The notes beneath the pieces were generated by a model. The model saw only the letters and a list, made by a program, of their open reading frames with translations, was not told where the DNA came from and searched no databases. A stretch of DNA of 64,000 nucleotides, taken from contig NC_092677.1 of the NCBI RefSeq assembly GCF_964355755.1, forward strand, positions 24,415,175 to 24,479,174, written 5' to 3'. Shown one piece after another: positions 1-13,067 of this stretch. This DNA comes from Antedon mediterranea. Lineage: Eukaryota > Animalia > Echinodermata. How positions within the stretch are numbered: position 1 is the first letter of the stretch; the number at the start of each line of letters is the position of its first letter. The position numbers were made by a program, and so were the translations under genes.

Positions 1-2416
1 AATATAATAATAATAATATATCAAAAATTTATTAAATAATATTCATCGCATAATATGCAATCTACGATAATTTAATTAATTGATATAACAAATTTATTAA
101 ATACATAACATCATTGGAATAAAAAGAACAAATCACATATCTACACATAATCATAACATCGTATACTCTATCTCTAACAATTTATTCAATCTTCTATCGA
201 CTAAAGCCGAAGTATAGTCGTTATCTCGGGACCGTTCTATGGCCACCACCAGGTAGGCTTACTTCATTAAGGCTTCTATGAATGGATGTACTGGTTGGGA
301 GCAGGAACGCTAGTAGACCAAACCCAGTACCGCTTTGATTACGATCAATCGGGAAATTACCTCATGACGATATATAGGCCTAGGTGCCGACATAGGACTC
401 TAGCAGGAATGTACTTTCTAGTCATTTCTCACATTCAAAATCTACACTTTTGCACTAACAAACTTTTCCTATTTCTACATCCTAAACTGCTTTTTTATTT
501 TTCTACCATCATACCTTCTATATTTTCATCCTTTATCTATTATACGATATAAACAGCATTACACGCATACATCGTAACGCGAGCATTTCATTCTATACGC
601 ATACGCACTTTTATCGAACATAATTTAAACCAAACCAAATCATACATACAACGATAAGACATCAACCGATTCAGTTCAAAACCAGTTTAAGGTAAACATT
701 TTAAATTAAAATTAATTTATGTTTCTATCCACTCTACCATTTTCATATAAAGATATTGTGGAACCACGTCAGGTCAAGTTCAATATTGAATATCGAAACG
801 TGGCAGGCTGAAGGCGCTTGACCTTTGACAAGATCGCCTAAATTTTTAATATATTAACTTTACAATACTTAGTGTTGTATATTCTGGTACAGCCGCTCCA
901 TAATCTCTTTGCTTTTCTTCCTTATATCTATATTTTTTAATTTATACTAACAAATATCTTTTTTATTAATATAATAATAATAATATATCAAAAATTTATT
1001 AAATAATATTCATCGCATAATATGCAATCTACGATAATTTAATTAATTGATATAACAAATTTATTAAATACATAACATCATTGGAATAAAAAGAACAAAT
1101 CACATATCTACACATAATCATAACATCGTATACTCTATCTCTAACAATTTATTCAATCTTCTATCGACTAAAGCCGAAGTATAGTCGTTATCTCGGGACC
1201 GTTCTATGGCCACCACCAGGTAGGCTTACTTCATTAAGGCTTCTATGAATGGATGTACTGGTTGGGAGCAGGAACGCTAGTAGACCAAACCCAGTACCGC
1301 TTTGATTACGATCAATCGGGAAATTACCTCATGACGAAGTATAGTCGTTATCTCGGGACCGTTCTATGGCCACCACCAGGTAGGCTTACTTCATTAAGGC
1401 TTCTATGAATGGATGTACTGGTTGGGAGCAGGAACGCTAGTAGACCAAACCCAGTACCGCTTTGATTACGATCAATCGGGAAATTACCTCATGACTTTCT
1501 AGTCATTTCTCACATTCAAAATCTACACTTTTGCACTAACAAACTTTTCCTATTTCTACATCCTAAACTGCTTTTTTATTTTTCTACCATCATACCTTCT
1601 ATATTTTCTTTCTTTATCTATTATACGATATAAACAGCATTACACGCGTACATCGTAACGCGAGCATTTCATTCTATACGCATACGCACTTTTATCGAAC
1701 ATAATTTAAACCAAACCAAATCATACATACAACGATAAGACATCAACCGATTCAGTTCAAAACCAGTTTAAGGTAAACATTTTAAATTTAAATTAATTTA
1801 TGTTTCTATCCACTCTACCATTTTCATATAAAGATATTGTGGAACCACGTCAGGTCAAGTTCAATATTGAATATCGAAACGTGGCAGGCTGAAGGCGCTT
1901 GACCTTTGACAAGATCGCCTAAATTTTTATATATTAACTTTACAATACTTAGTGTTGTATATTCTGGTACAGCCGCTCCATAATCTCTTGGCTTTTCTTC
2001 CTTATATCTATATTTTTTAATTTATACTAACAAATATCTTTTTTATTAATATAATAATAATAATATATCAAAAATTTATTAAATAATATTCATCGCATAA
2101 TATGCAATCTACGATAATTTAATTAATTGATATAACAAATTTATTAAATACATAACATCATTGGAATAAAAAGAACAAATCACATATCTACACATAATCA
2201 TAACATCATATACTCTATCTCTAACAATTTATTCAATCTTCTATCGACTAAAGCCGAAGTATAGTCGTTATCTCGGGACCGTTCTATGGCCACCACCAGG
2301 TAGGCTTACTTCATTAAGGCTTCTATGAATGGATGTACTGGTTGGGAGCAGGAACGCTAGTAGACCAAACCCAGTACCGTTTTGATTACGATCAATCGGG
2401 AAATTACCTCATGACG
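1..2416. repeat. Tandem satellite, ~967-bp unit (about 2.4 units visible)
   Basis: Sequence at 1 recurs at 968 and 2048. Unit 2 has an internal 160-bp duplication (1176 vs 1336) and a ~47-bp deletion. Unit 3 is truncated at ~2416, where gene-array flank begins. Confidence 0.95.
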
Positions 2417-3569
2417 TTATAGGTGTATAGGAATTATAGATATATTTATTTCAATAAACACCATTGCAACAACAAAAAAAACAAAAACAAAAAACATTAT
2501 GTTTAAATTTTGTTTTTTGAGCTACATTGTTTGTCTGTTGATAAGTGTGTAGTTTAGAAAGATTAGGTTGGTTGATTGTAAAGTATAGTAAATTATCAAA
2601 TTGATTTATTACAAATTAAATATTATATTTGTTATCTTTGTGAATATTTTGTATATAAAAGATACATTTGCATAATTAGTTTCATTATTTATTTAATTTG
2701 TTAAGATATTGAGTGTATCTGACAAAGGACAAACAAAAGGATTTAGTATAGATTGAGATGTGCACAAACTCGGCTAGTAAGATTTACTATCAGTCTGTGT
2801 TTTGTCTTTTAACTTTGTAACTGTGTGTTTGTCTGTATTCAATTCATCCTATGTACGTTTAATTATTCACGTTTTTTTCAAACTTTGCATTTAGATCAAC
2901 AAAATACTTTCTTTATTATCTGTAATAAACAGCTATATACTCAGTCGGAATACTAATAAATATTAGATGGAAAAGAATTATTGTATCTTTATAATTATTT
3001 GGTTCCTACATTGGTTTAAACTTAATGAGATACAACTGAATATTGGAAGCAATATATCGTCAATTAATAGATGATCCTATAACATATGTTTTATGTAATT
3101 TGTCGGATACCACTTTTTCATGGAGTTTACATAAATAATAATATTATCTGACTACATGTGTTTTTGTAATTTTGCAACGTGGCAAATTAATATTGCTTTA
3201 TATTGCTCCACATGTTTAACAATAAGCACCTCACTGATGTGTTGAGTTGGATACAGACTGCATGTTTAGAACCTAAACATGTTCATATCTAAACATGTTT
3301 AAGGCTAAATGTGTGGAAAACGTTGGTACAAATAGATGTTTAAGATCTACACTATTTTTACAGTGATAATATGATTTTTGTTTGCTCGTCTGATTTCGCT
3401 GATGTCATCATCTGCCAGGGATGAATATTTCTATTTGTACAAATAAAACAAAATATTTCGTTGAGACAAGAACTAACTGATTATGTTGTATTCAGTGATA
3501 TTTGAGAAAGTGTTGCCTAACTCAATGGTAATCCTAAACGAATGTGTCCATCATAGAAGGACATACACA

Positions 3570-3650
3570 TGGCTGCGTACAGTCGCGTGCTCAAGTTAGT
3601 GTTTACCGACCAACCGACATGTAGAGTCGCGTTGCACGTGACTAAAAACC
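3570..3650 (-). mobile_element. Short interspersed element with AGTCGCGTGC/GCACGCGACT inverted repeats (Helentron/DINE-like)
   Basis: Sub-terminal inverted repeats around an (accr)n stretch ending in an A run. Present at two unrelated sites per unit (also ~6978-7042 and ~20462-20540). Confidence 0.5.
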
Positions 3651-4307
3651 GAAGCGAAAACCATTTTGACCGTATAAATGGTTTTTTTAACCTAAAATTA
3701 TATTTTAATTTATGGGTCTTGTGCTTTTAAAACTAAATTTCTTTCCATTCATATCCAAAATTTCAACATACTCAAATGGTATTATCTAATTTATATTTAA
3801 ATTGCACGTGCCATAATTAACTCACTCCTTTGTAGATTCATCCTCACACTAAGAGTTTTGTATTTTCAAATAACAGTGCAAAATCCACTCACCTACAGAT
3901 TCATTATATTCCCAACAGTGTCTATTCTCAATTTAATTCCTAGAACTTACATTGCCTGATGCTCAACACTGCTTTGCTTTAAGTATAAATACTGATTTTG
4001 AATTCAGTATAACAACTAGATTCATTTCAGCCACAACAAGCGGTTTTGTTCATATTTAATTCTGAGTAAAAGACGGAGCTGATGCTTCAACCTCTTTGCG
4101 TAAAAAAAAAAATTCTGCAACAAGATACAAGAAACTTTTTTTTTTGTCTTCGTAAAAACAAAGAAATGTCGGTTGTCAGCAAATCCCATTAAAAAGATAC
4201 ATATACATAAACGGACTAAAGAATGACAATTAGTTACTTAGACTACTATTTTTTATATAAACAAAGACTTCTTATTTTTATTAAATAAAAAATATTGTTT
4301 GATTTAA

Positions 4308-4622
4308 AGATGTATTGTACCCCAAAACATAAAAAAATGAAGATTAATTTTTAAAAAGACTTTGAATAGGCCATTTCGCTGTGTTGATTAAGTTAATAAC
4401 TTCTATAGAAAAAAGGATTTTATAATAAAATAAGGTTTTCACTTATAAAAAGACAAATTAGCGGTAAAATTCAACCAAAAACTGGATCGAAAAAAAAATT
4501 ATTTTCCTGAAAAAATGTAATTTAAAGCAAAAAAAAAAAACTTAAATGGTTTTGTTACAATTAACCGTTTCTCTTGTCTTTTTATAAGTGAAATAATTAT
4601 TTTGTTGATTTGTTTTAAAGTA

Positions 4623-4655
<33 letters not shown>

Positions 4656-4660
4656 AACAC

Positions 4661-4694
<34 letters not shown>

Positions 4695-4847
4695 TGGTAG
4701 GACGTGACATAGCGCATTATGCTGAAAGCCTCAATGCGCTTTACATAGACAGAAACATTTAGAAAATTACAAATTAAAAAGGTGGGTTTATAAATAAATA
4801 AATAGCTTTATTAAAACTTTTTCAGTTTTTTGGGGGACAATACATCT
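4308..4847. mobile_element. Non-autonomous TTAA-flanked DNA transposon (Kolobok-like MITE)
   Basis: TTAA-AGATGTATTGTACCCCAAAA ... TTTTGGGGGACAATACATCT-TTAA; AG..CT termini fit Kolobok rather than piggyBac. Copies at 17910-18449, 29780-30281, 43170-43680, 59576-60068. Confidence 0.75.
4624..4750 (-). mobile_element. 3' tail of an L2-type LINE/SINE with (TTA)n microsatellite, nested in the MITE
   Basis: Minus strand reads gtaaagcgcattgag..ataatgcgctat..(tta)n, resembling the L2 3' stem-loop and tail; (AAT)n length differs among units. Confidence 0.55.
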
Positions 4848-5304
4848 TTAACTATTTGTTTGTTTTAAATTAGGGCCTACAGTTATTTCAGGTAAATATT
4901 TTTTTTCGATCCAATTTTTTGAATAACTACTGTATTATGTGACATTAAAATGGCATATTAAAAAACATTTAAAAAAACATTTTCAGGGGGACAATATATT
5001 ATCAAAACCGTTAGTTACACCAGTTAAATATACTCTATATGATGACGTGTTTACGTTTAAAGCTCCACAGGTATATATATGAGACATATTGAATTATCAA
5101 AAGAAAATCAAAGTTCAATAATTAAATCATATTGCCCACAACCTGGTCTGGTAATGTAATTTAATACACTTTAAGTGAATGTCATCTTAAAAATTAATGA
5201 AGACAATCATGAAATAATTAGGTCTAGGTCTATGCATTATATTAGTGAGCTTTTGACAAACTAACGGTTTATTTCTATTACCGATTTAATACGTATGTAA
5301 GAAG

Positions 5305-5392
5305 ATGTTCATCTTTAAAGACGCAAGAATACTAGTACTAGGCCTAGTACTAGAACTATTGCCATTCTGTTTCACAAATAATGCCAGATATG
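5305..5392 (+). CDS. Exon 1: signal peptide MFIFKDARILVLGLVLELLPFCFTNNARY
   Basis: ATG, basic then hydrophobic stretch, phase-1 donor G|GTATGT. Equivalent 88-bp exons at 18908-18995, 30740-30827, 44138-44225, 60526-60613. Confidence 0.8.
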
Positions 5393-5859
5393 GTATGTAT
5401 TAAATGCATTTAACATTTAGAATTAAAGATGTATTGTCCCCCTGAAAAAATAATTCTTACAATTTTTTTTGTTAAATATGCCATTTTAATGTCACCTAAT
5501 ACTGTTGTTACGCTATCCACTTTTAGCAAAAATTAGATCGGGAAAAAAATGTATTTACCTAAAAGCAAAAGATAATAGTCAAATTGGCTGCCAATTTTTT
5601 TTTTTTTATTGAATTTAACCATTTATTTTGTCATTTTATAAGTGAAAACATTTTTTTTATATAATTATGTTCTGTGACCGTCTTCTCACAGTAGGTTAAT
5701 GTTCATCTATTTCTGCATTCTTAAAATAACTATTATCTTTTGTTCATGTTTTATGTTGGTTGATGTTATGAGTTTACTGTACGGTATAAAACATATTTCG
5801 GTTTTTGCCGATTGTTCTCAGGTTTTATGAAATTGTCAAAACTTTGAAAAGTGTTTTTC

Positions 5860-6815
5860 TGTTAGTGTTAGTGTCTAAGATACAACAGTATTGACAACAC
5901 GTAACATTTTGTTAGTGTTTGGTTCTTTTAGTGTTCAAATTTCCACCATACAACAGTGTTGAAAACACGTAGCATTTTGTTCTGCTAGTGTCCATATTCC
6001 AGCAAACAACAGTGTTGAATACGCGTATCATTTTGTTAGTGTTTGGATCTTTTAGTGTCCATGTTTCCACCATACAACAGTGTTGAACACACGATCATTT
6101 TGTTAGTATTTGGTTCTGTTGGTGTCCATGTTTCCACCATACAACAGTGTTGAACACACGATCATTTTGTTAGTATTTGGTTCTGTTGGTGTCCATGTTT
6201 CCACCATACAACAGTGTTGACTAACATTTTGTTAGCGTTTGGTTCTATTAGTGTTAAAGTTTCCATCATACAACAGTGTTGAAAACACGTAGCATTTTGT
6301 TAGTGTTTGGTTCTATTAGTGTTAAAGTTTCCACCATACAACAGTGTTGAAAACACGTAGCATTTTGTTAGTGTTTGGTTCTATTAGTGTTAAAGTTTCC
6401 ACCATACAACAGTGTTGAAAACACGTAGCATTTTGTTAGCGTTTGGTTATATTATTGTTCAAATTTCCACCTTACAACAGTGTTGAACACACGTAGCATT
6501 GTGTTATAAGTGCTTGGTTCTGTTAGTGTCCATGTTTCCACCATACAACAGTGTTGACAAACATTTTGTTAGTGTTTGGTTCTTTTAGTGTCCATGTTTC
6601 CACCATACAACAGTGTTGACAAACATTTTGTTAGTGTTTGGTTCTTTTAGTGTTCAAGTTTCCACCATACAACAGTGTTGAAAACGCATAGCATTTTGTT
6701 AGTGTTTGGTTCTGTTTGTGTCCATGTTTCCACCATACAACAGTGTTGAAAACACGTAGCATTTTGCATCGTGTTTTGTTCTGTTAATGTCCATGTTTCC
6801 ACCCTACAACAGTGT
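5860..6815. repeat. ~60-bp minisatellite in intron 1 (copy 1)
   Basis: Unit ~gtgttgaaaacacgtagcattttgttagtgtttggttctgttagtgtccatgtttccaccatacaaca, about 16 copies. Confidence 0.93.
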
Positions 6816-7320
6816 AACATTTTGTAAATCTGTATACTGTGGTCTAGAGCCTCAATAACGTATCACTGTGTGCGTGTATGGCGAAGCTTATACGTTACCG
6901 GACACAGTCGAATACATTTGTTTTAAAGAAAATCTTATTTTAGAACTTATTAAATTATTATTAACAAGGCATATTCATGGCTGCAGTCGCGTGCTCAAGT
7001 TAGTGTTTACCAACCAACCGACCGAAAAACGCGACTCAAAAGCTAAGCATTAAAAATAATGGGATACTAAAACTCATGATACAATACATTCCAATTAATA
7101 GTTTATGATGCTTTCTGTTTTATTTATTTTAAATTTTAAGGTTGTAACCGTATGTTATGTTGAATGTAAAATTAATTTTAAGAGGATAATTAATATTTAA
7201 AGTCTTGCAAATTTACCATCTTTGAATTATTTTAAAAATAATGTTTGATTTATACAACAGACCTACTGTACAAATTAATTTTTTATTAGTGTTTTTTTAT
7301 TGGTGAACATCGACGAATAG

Positions 7321-7477
7321 GTCTGTATGCCTATACTTCACATACAAAATGTTCAGTCTATCCACAGGGTTGTTATAACAGTGGCATACTACTTAGTGAA
7401 GTAACTTGTTCGCCATGGAACATGAATACAGTTACAGAAATCATTGAGTATAATAAACAAAGCACTATATCAAGTTT
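7321..7477 (+). CDS. Exon 2: Cys-containing LRR N-cap (GLYAYTSHTKCSVYPQGCYNSGILLSEVTCSPWNMNTVTEIIEYNKQSTISSL)
   Basis: tag acceptor and tt|gtaagt donor; 157 bp, phase 1 to phase 2, exactly bridging exon 1 and the LRR exons. Intact also at 46167-46323 and 62487-62643. Confidence 0.82.
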
Positions 7478-8544
7478 GTAAGTATTACAGTGTATGTACT
7501 TATTGTGTGGCCATAGAATATATACAGTATATAATATACACAGTGGGATGACGGGTTCCATATGTTCTAATGGCATGATGACGTTATCCAAATCAAACAT
7601 GAAGATGACAATTTCGGAAAATAATGATTCGAGCTAAAAGATATATGATTTTGAAGAAAATTGGACACGTAGAAGTGCGAAGCGCGCTGTTTTAGATTTG
7701 TATAACTGACAAAAGCTTTCAAAATAAGTTATAAACACCAAGGTCACCTCTAATTACTGAAGGGCTAAAAATATACGGTGTAAGTGAAATTACGCGATCA
7801 ATGTTGTTCAAATTTTTAGGCGTGATGACGTCATTAAAATGAGATTGGTGGAACTACACGATTCAGTAACTTTTATGTTGGTTCAATGGGGTTTGCTATG
7901 TTTTTTAGAGTTTGCGGGGTTTGGTAATTATTTTAAACCAAAAGGTGATGTTTTACCCCAAAAATAAGTAGTTAACAACAATTTTGTGTTTGTTTAACTG
8001 ACACAAAGTTTGTAGTACACTACACGATTCAGTAACTTTTATGTTGGTTCGATAGAGTTTTCTATGTTTCTAAGGTTTGCGGGGTTTACGGTGATTACCA
8101 ATACCCAACATTTGTCAAATAAATCAGAAATCGTCTACAGACCTGTCAAGAGTATCAAGAAAAACAATCAGAATTGTACATCGTCCAAGATAGACCATGA
8201 TTTATTATTTAGGTTTTTCCAAAAACCCGGGTGAAAAGGACTGATTCTGCTGAAGGAGAGAACTGCCTAATAAAGACTACTTTAGTTTAAAAAAAAGAAG
8301 AAAAAAAACATTGCATTTTGTAATTCTCACACTCTTGGCCATTAACGTTTATTTCTGTTTGTTTTTATATTTATTTATTTAAATTTTCTTTTGCATTTCA
8401 CAACTTTAATAAATTAATTATTGATGGTGATTTTGATTGAATAATTAAAAAAAATGTTGATTGTCTTTTTAATTGTTTAATGAATTATTTAGCAGCATAA
8501 TATATGGTATAATTAATAAAACAATATCTTTTACAATTTATAAG

Positions 8545-11500
8545 GGGTTTGAATAACAATCAAATTAGTACATTGACAGCCAATGCATTCGCTGGTTTGG
8601 AATCATTGGAATGGCTGTAAGTGACGTTGATTATGTTTACATACCTATGACGTTAATCATAATGTTATTTACTGCACAATATACACACATTTAACAAAAT
8701 TATTTTAAAACTAGTACATAAATATATGCCAGTGCTTATTGTGTCATATTCTAAATTAAATTCCTCATATTAAACTGTATGAAAGCAAACTTGAGCCTGA
8801 AACTGTAAAGGCTTTCCGTTGCAAAATGTAAAATTAAATGGTGAGTTTAGCAATTATTTGCTGATATGTTCACAATGATGTATAAATGTGTTATTGTCAG
8901 AAGTCTTAATAAATGTGATAGTTCATTGCAAAGCATCCACATCAGCCTATATTTATTTATTTGAATAATTAAAAAAAAATGTTGATTGTCTTTTAATTGT
9001 TTAATGAATTATTTAGCAGTATAATATGGTATAATTAATAAAACTATATCTTTTACATTTAACAACTTTTAAGGTGGTTTTTCGACAATCAAATTAGTAC
9101 ATTGACAGCCAATGCATTCGCTGGTTTGGAATCATTGGAAAAACTGTAAGTGACGTTGTTTATGTTTACATACCTATGACGTTAATCTTAATGTTATTTA
9201 CTGCACAATATACACATATTTAAAAACAATATTTTTAAACTAGTACATAAATATAGGCCAATGCTTATTGTGTCATATTCAAAATGAAATTAGTCAATAT
9301 TAAACTGTATGAAAGCATACTTGAGCCTGAAATTGTAAGGGCTTTCCGTTGCAAAGGTAAATTAAATGGCGAGTTTAGCAATTATTTTCTGTTAATCACA
9401 CAATGATGTATAAATGTGTTATTTTCAGAAATCTTAATAAAGGTGATAATTCATTGCAAAAAATCCACATCAGTCTATATTTAATTTATATTTCAATAAT
9501 ATAAAAATTGTTCATTGTTATATTTAATAAGTATTTAGCAGCATAGTATGCCTGTGGTGTAATGAATAAAACAACAATACATACAATATGTGATGTAAGA
9601 TATATGATGTGTGCTTTTTTAATGAAGTCAAATCGTTCAATTAAATAACAGGAAATATTCAGGTGTTATATAGTATGCTATAATTAATAAAACTATCTTT
9701 TACATTTCATAATTTTGAAGGTGGTTGCAAAGCAATCAAATTACTACATTGACAGCCAATGCATTTGCTGGTTTGGAATCATTGAAAGAACTGTAAGTGT
9801 TATTCTTCATCATATCCACATACGTATTTCCATATATCATGTTTTATACACATTACACATATTTAAAACTAGTACATAAATATAGGACAATGCTTATTGT
9901 GTCATATTCTAAATTAAATTCCTCAATAATAAACTGTATGAAAGCAAACTTGAGCCTGAAACTGTAAAGGCTTTCCGTTGCAAAATGTAAAATTAAATGG
10001 CGAGTTTAGCAATTATTTGCTGATATGGTCACAACGATTGTATAAATGTGTTATTGTCAGAAATCTTAATAAATGTGATAATTCATTGCAAAGCATCCAC
10101 ATCAGCCTATTTATTCATTTGAATAATTAAAAAAAAATGTTGATTTTTTTAAAAAAGTTCCTTAAATCATTGGAATGGCTGTAAGTGACGTTGTTTATGT
10201 TTACATATCTATGACGTTAATCATAATGTTATTTACTGCACAATATACAAATATTTACAAAACAATATGTTAAAGTAAACTTGAGCCTGAAACTGTAAAG
10301 GCTTTCCGTTGCAAAATGTAAATTAAATGGTAAGTTTAGCAATTATTTGTTAAGCACAAAATGATGTATAAAAGTGTTATTGTCAGAAATCTTACTAAAT
10401 GTGATAATTCATTGCAAAGCATCCACATCAACCTATATTTATTAATTTGAATTAAAAATAAATGTTGATTGTCTTGTAATTGTTTAATGAATTATTTAGC
10501 AGCACAATATGGTATAATTAATAAAACTTTCATATTTCACAACTTTTAAGGCAATTGCAAAACAATCAAATTATTGCATTGACAGAGAATGCATTCGCTG
10601 GTTTGAAATCATTGGAATGGCTGTAAGTGACGTTGTTTATGTTTACATACCTATGACGTTAATCATAATGTTATTTACTGCACAATATACACACATTTAA
10701 AAACAATATTTTAAACTAGTACATAAATATAGGCCAATGCTTATTGTGTCATTATTCAAAATGAAATTCGTCAATAATAAACTGTATGAAAGCAAACTTG
10801 AGCCTGAAACTGTAAAGGCTTTCCGTTGCAAAATGTAAATTAAATGGCGAGTTTAGCAATTATTTTCTGTTAATCACACAATGATGATGTATAAATGTGT
10901 TATTGTCAGAAATCTTAATAAAGGTGATAATTCATTGCAAAAAATCCACATCAGCCTATATTTAATTTATATTTCAATAATCTAAAAATGGTTCATTGTT
11001 ATATTTAATAAGTATTTAGCAGCATAGTAGGCCTGTGGTGTAATGAATAAAACAACAATACACACAATATGTATACATAGATATATGATGTGTGCTTTTT
11101 TAATGAAGTCAAATCGTTCAATTAAATAACAGGAAATATTCAGGTGTTATATAGTATGCTATAATTAATAAAACTATCTTTTACATTTCATAATTTTGAA
11201 GGTGGTTACAAAGCAATCAAATTACTACATTGACAGCCAATGCATTTGCTGGTTTGGAATCATTGAAAGAACTGTAAGTGTTATTCTTCATCATATCCAC
11301 ATACGTATTTCCATATATATCATGTTTTATACACATTACACATAAAACTAGTACATAAATATAGGACAATGCTTATTGTGTCATATTCTAAATTAAATAC
11401 CTCAATAATAAACTGTATGAAAGCAAACTTGAGCCTGAAACTATAAAGGCTTTCCGTTGCAAAATGTAAAATTAAATGGCGAGTTTAGCAATTATTTGCT

Positions 11501-13067
11501 GATATGCTCACAATGATGTATAAAAGTGTTATTGTCAGAAATCTTAATAAAGGTGATAATTCATTGCAAAAAATCCACATCAGTCTATATTTAATTTATA
11601 TTTAAATAATCTAAAAATGGTTCATTGTTATATTTAATAAGTATTTAGCAGCATAGTAGGCCTGTGGTGTAATGAATAAAACAACAATACACACAATATG
11701 TATACATAGATATATGGTGTTTGCTTTTTTAATGAAGTCAAATCATTCAATCAAATAACAGGAAATATTCAGGTGTTATATAGTATGCTATAATTAATAA
11801 AAACTATCTTTTACATTTCATAATTATGAAGGTGGTTGTTCAGCAATCAAATTAGTACATTGACAGCCAATGCATTCGCTGGTTTGGAATCATTGAAAGG
11901 CCTGTAAGTGACGTTGTTTATGTTTACCTATGACGTTAATTATAATGTTATTTACTGCACAATATATACGTATTTAAAAACAATAGTTTAAAACTAGTAC
12001 ATACATATAGGCCAATGCTTATTGTGTCATATTCAAAATGAAATTCCTCATATTAAACTGTATGAAAGCAAACTTGAGCCTGAAACTGTAAAGGCTTTCC
12101 GTTGCAAAATGTAAATTAAATTGTGAGTTTAGCAATTATTTGCTGATATGCTCACAATGATTGTATAAATGTGTTATTGTCAAAAATATTAATAAAGGTA
12201 ATAATTCATTGCAAAGCATCCACAGCGGCCTCTATTTATTTATGTAAAATTTTTTTTTTAAAGTTGATTGTCTTTTAATTGTTTAATGAATTATTTAGCA
12301 GTATAATATGGTATAATTAATCAAACTTTCATATTTCACAACTTTGAAGGTTGTTGTTCAACAATCAAATTAGAACATTGACAGCCAATGCATTCGTAGG
12401 CTTGAAATCATTGGATAGTCTGTAAGTGACGTTATTTATGTTTACATACCTATGACGTTAATCATAATGTTATTTACTCCACAATATACACATATTTAAA
12501 AAACAATATTTTTAAACTAGTACATAAATATATAGGCCAATGCTTATTGTGTCATATTCAAAATGAAATTCCGTAATATTAAACTGTATGAAAGCAAACT
12601 TGAGCCTGAAACTATAAAGGCTTTCCGTTCCAAAATGTAAATTAAATGGCGAGTTTAGCAATTATTTTCTGTTAATCACACAATGATGTATAAATGTGTT
12701 ATTTTCAGAAATCTTAATAAAGGTGATAATTCATTGCAAAAAATCCACATCAGTCTATATTTAATTTTTATTTAAATAATCTAAAAATGGTTCATTGTTA
12801 TATTTAATAAGTATTTAGCAGCATAGTAGGCCTGTGGTGTAATGAATAAAACAACAATACTCACAATACATAGATATATGGTGTGTGCTTTTTTAATGAA
12901 GTCAAATCATTCAATCAAATAACATGAAATATTCAGGTGTTATATAGTGTGGTATAATTAATAAAAACTATCTTTTACATTTCATAATTTTGAAGGTGGT
13001 TGGAAAACAATCAAATTAGTACATTGACAGAGAATGCATTTGCTGGTTTGGAATCATTGAAAGACCT
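8545..13067 (+). repeat. LRR exon-cassette array, copy 1 (8 exons plus a truncated remnant at ~10164-10180)
   Basis: 72-bp exons aag|..ct|gtaagt: GLNNNQ..EWL, WFFDNQ..EKL, WLQSNQ..KEL, QLQNNQ..EWL, WLQSNQ..KEL, WLFSNQ..KGL, LLFNNQ..DSL, WLENNQ..KDL. Confidence 0.95.

Noticed and set aside
286-552. 88-aa ORF in the satellite
   Set aside because: No recognisable motif, and disrupted in the next repeat unit.
4499-4717. Poly-Leu ORF (also 18101-18319)
   Set aside because: Translation of an (AAT)n microsatellite inside a MITE.
5860-6815. CRISPR-like regular repeat
   Set aside because: Whole ~60-bp units repeat with no unique spacers, there are no cas genes, and the context is a eukaryotic intron.
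9719-9726. AG|GT at many LRR exon starts as recursive splice sites
   Set aside because: GT follows from the Leu wobble G plus a Trp/Tyr/Leu/Ser codon, and matches the donor consensus poorly.
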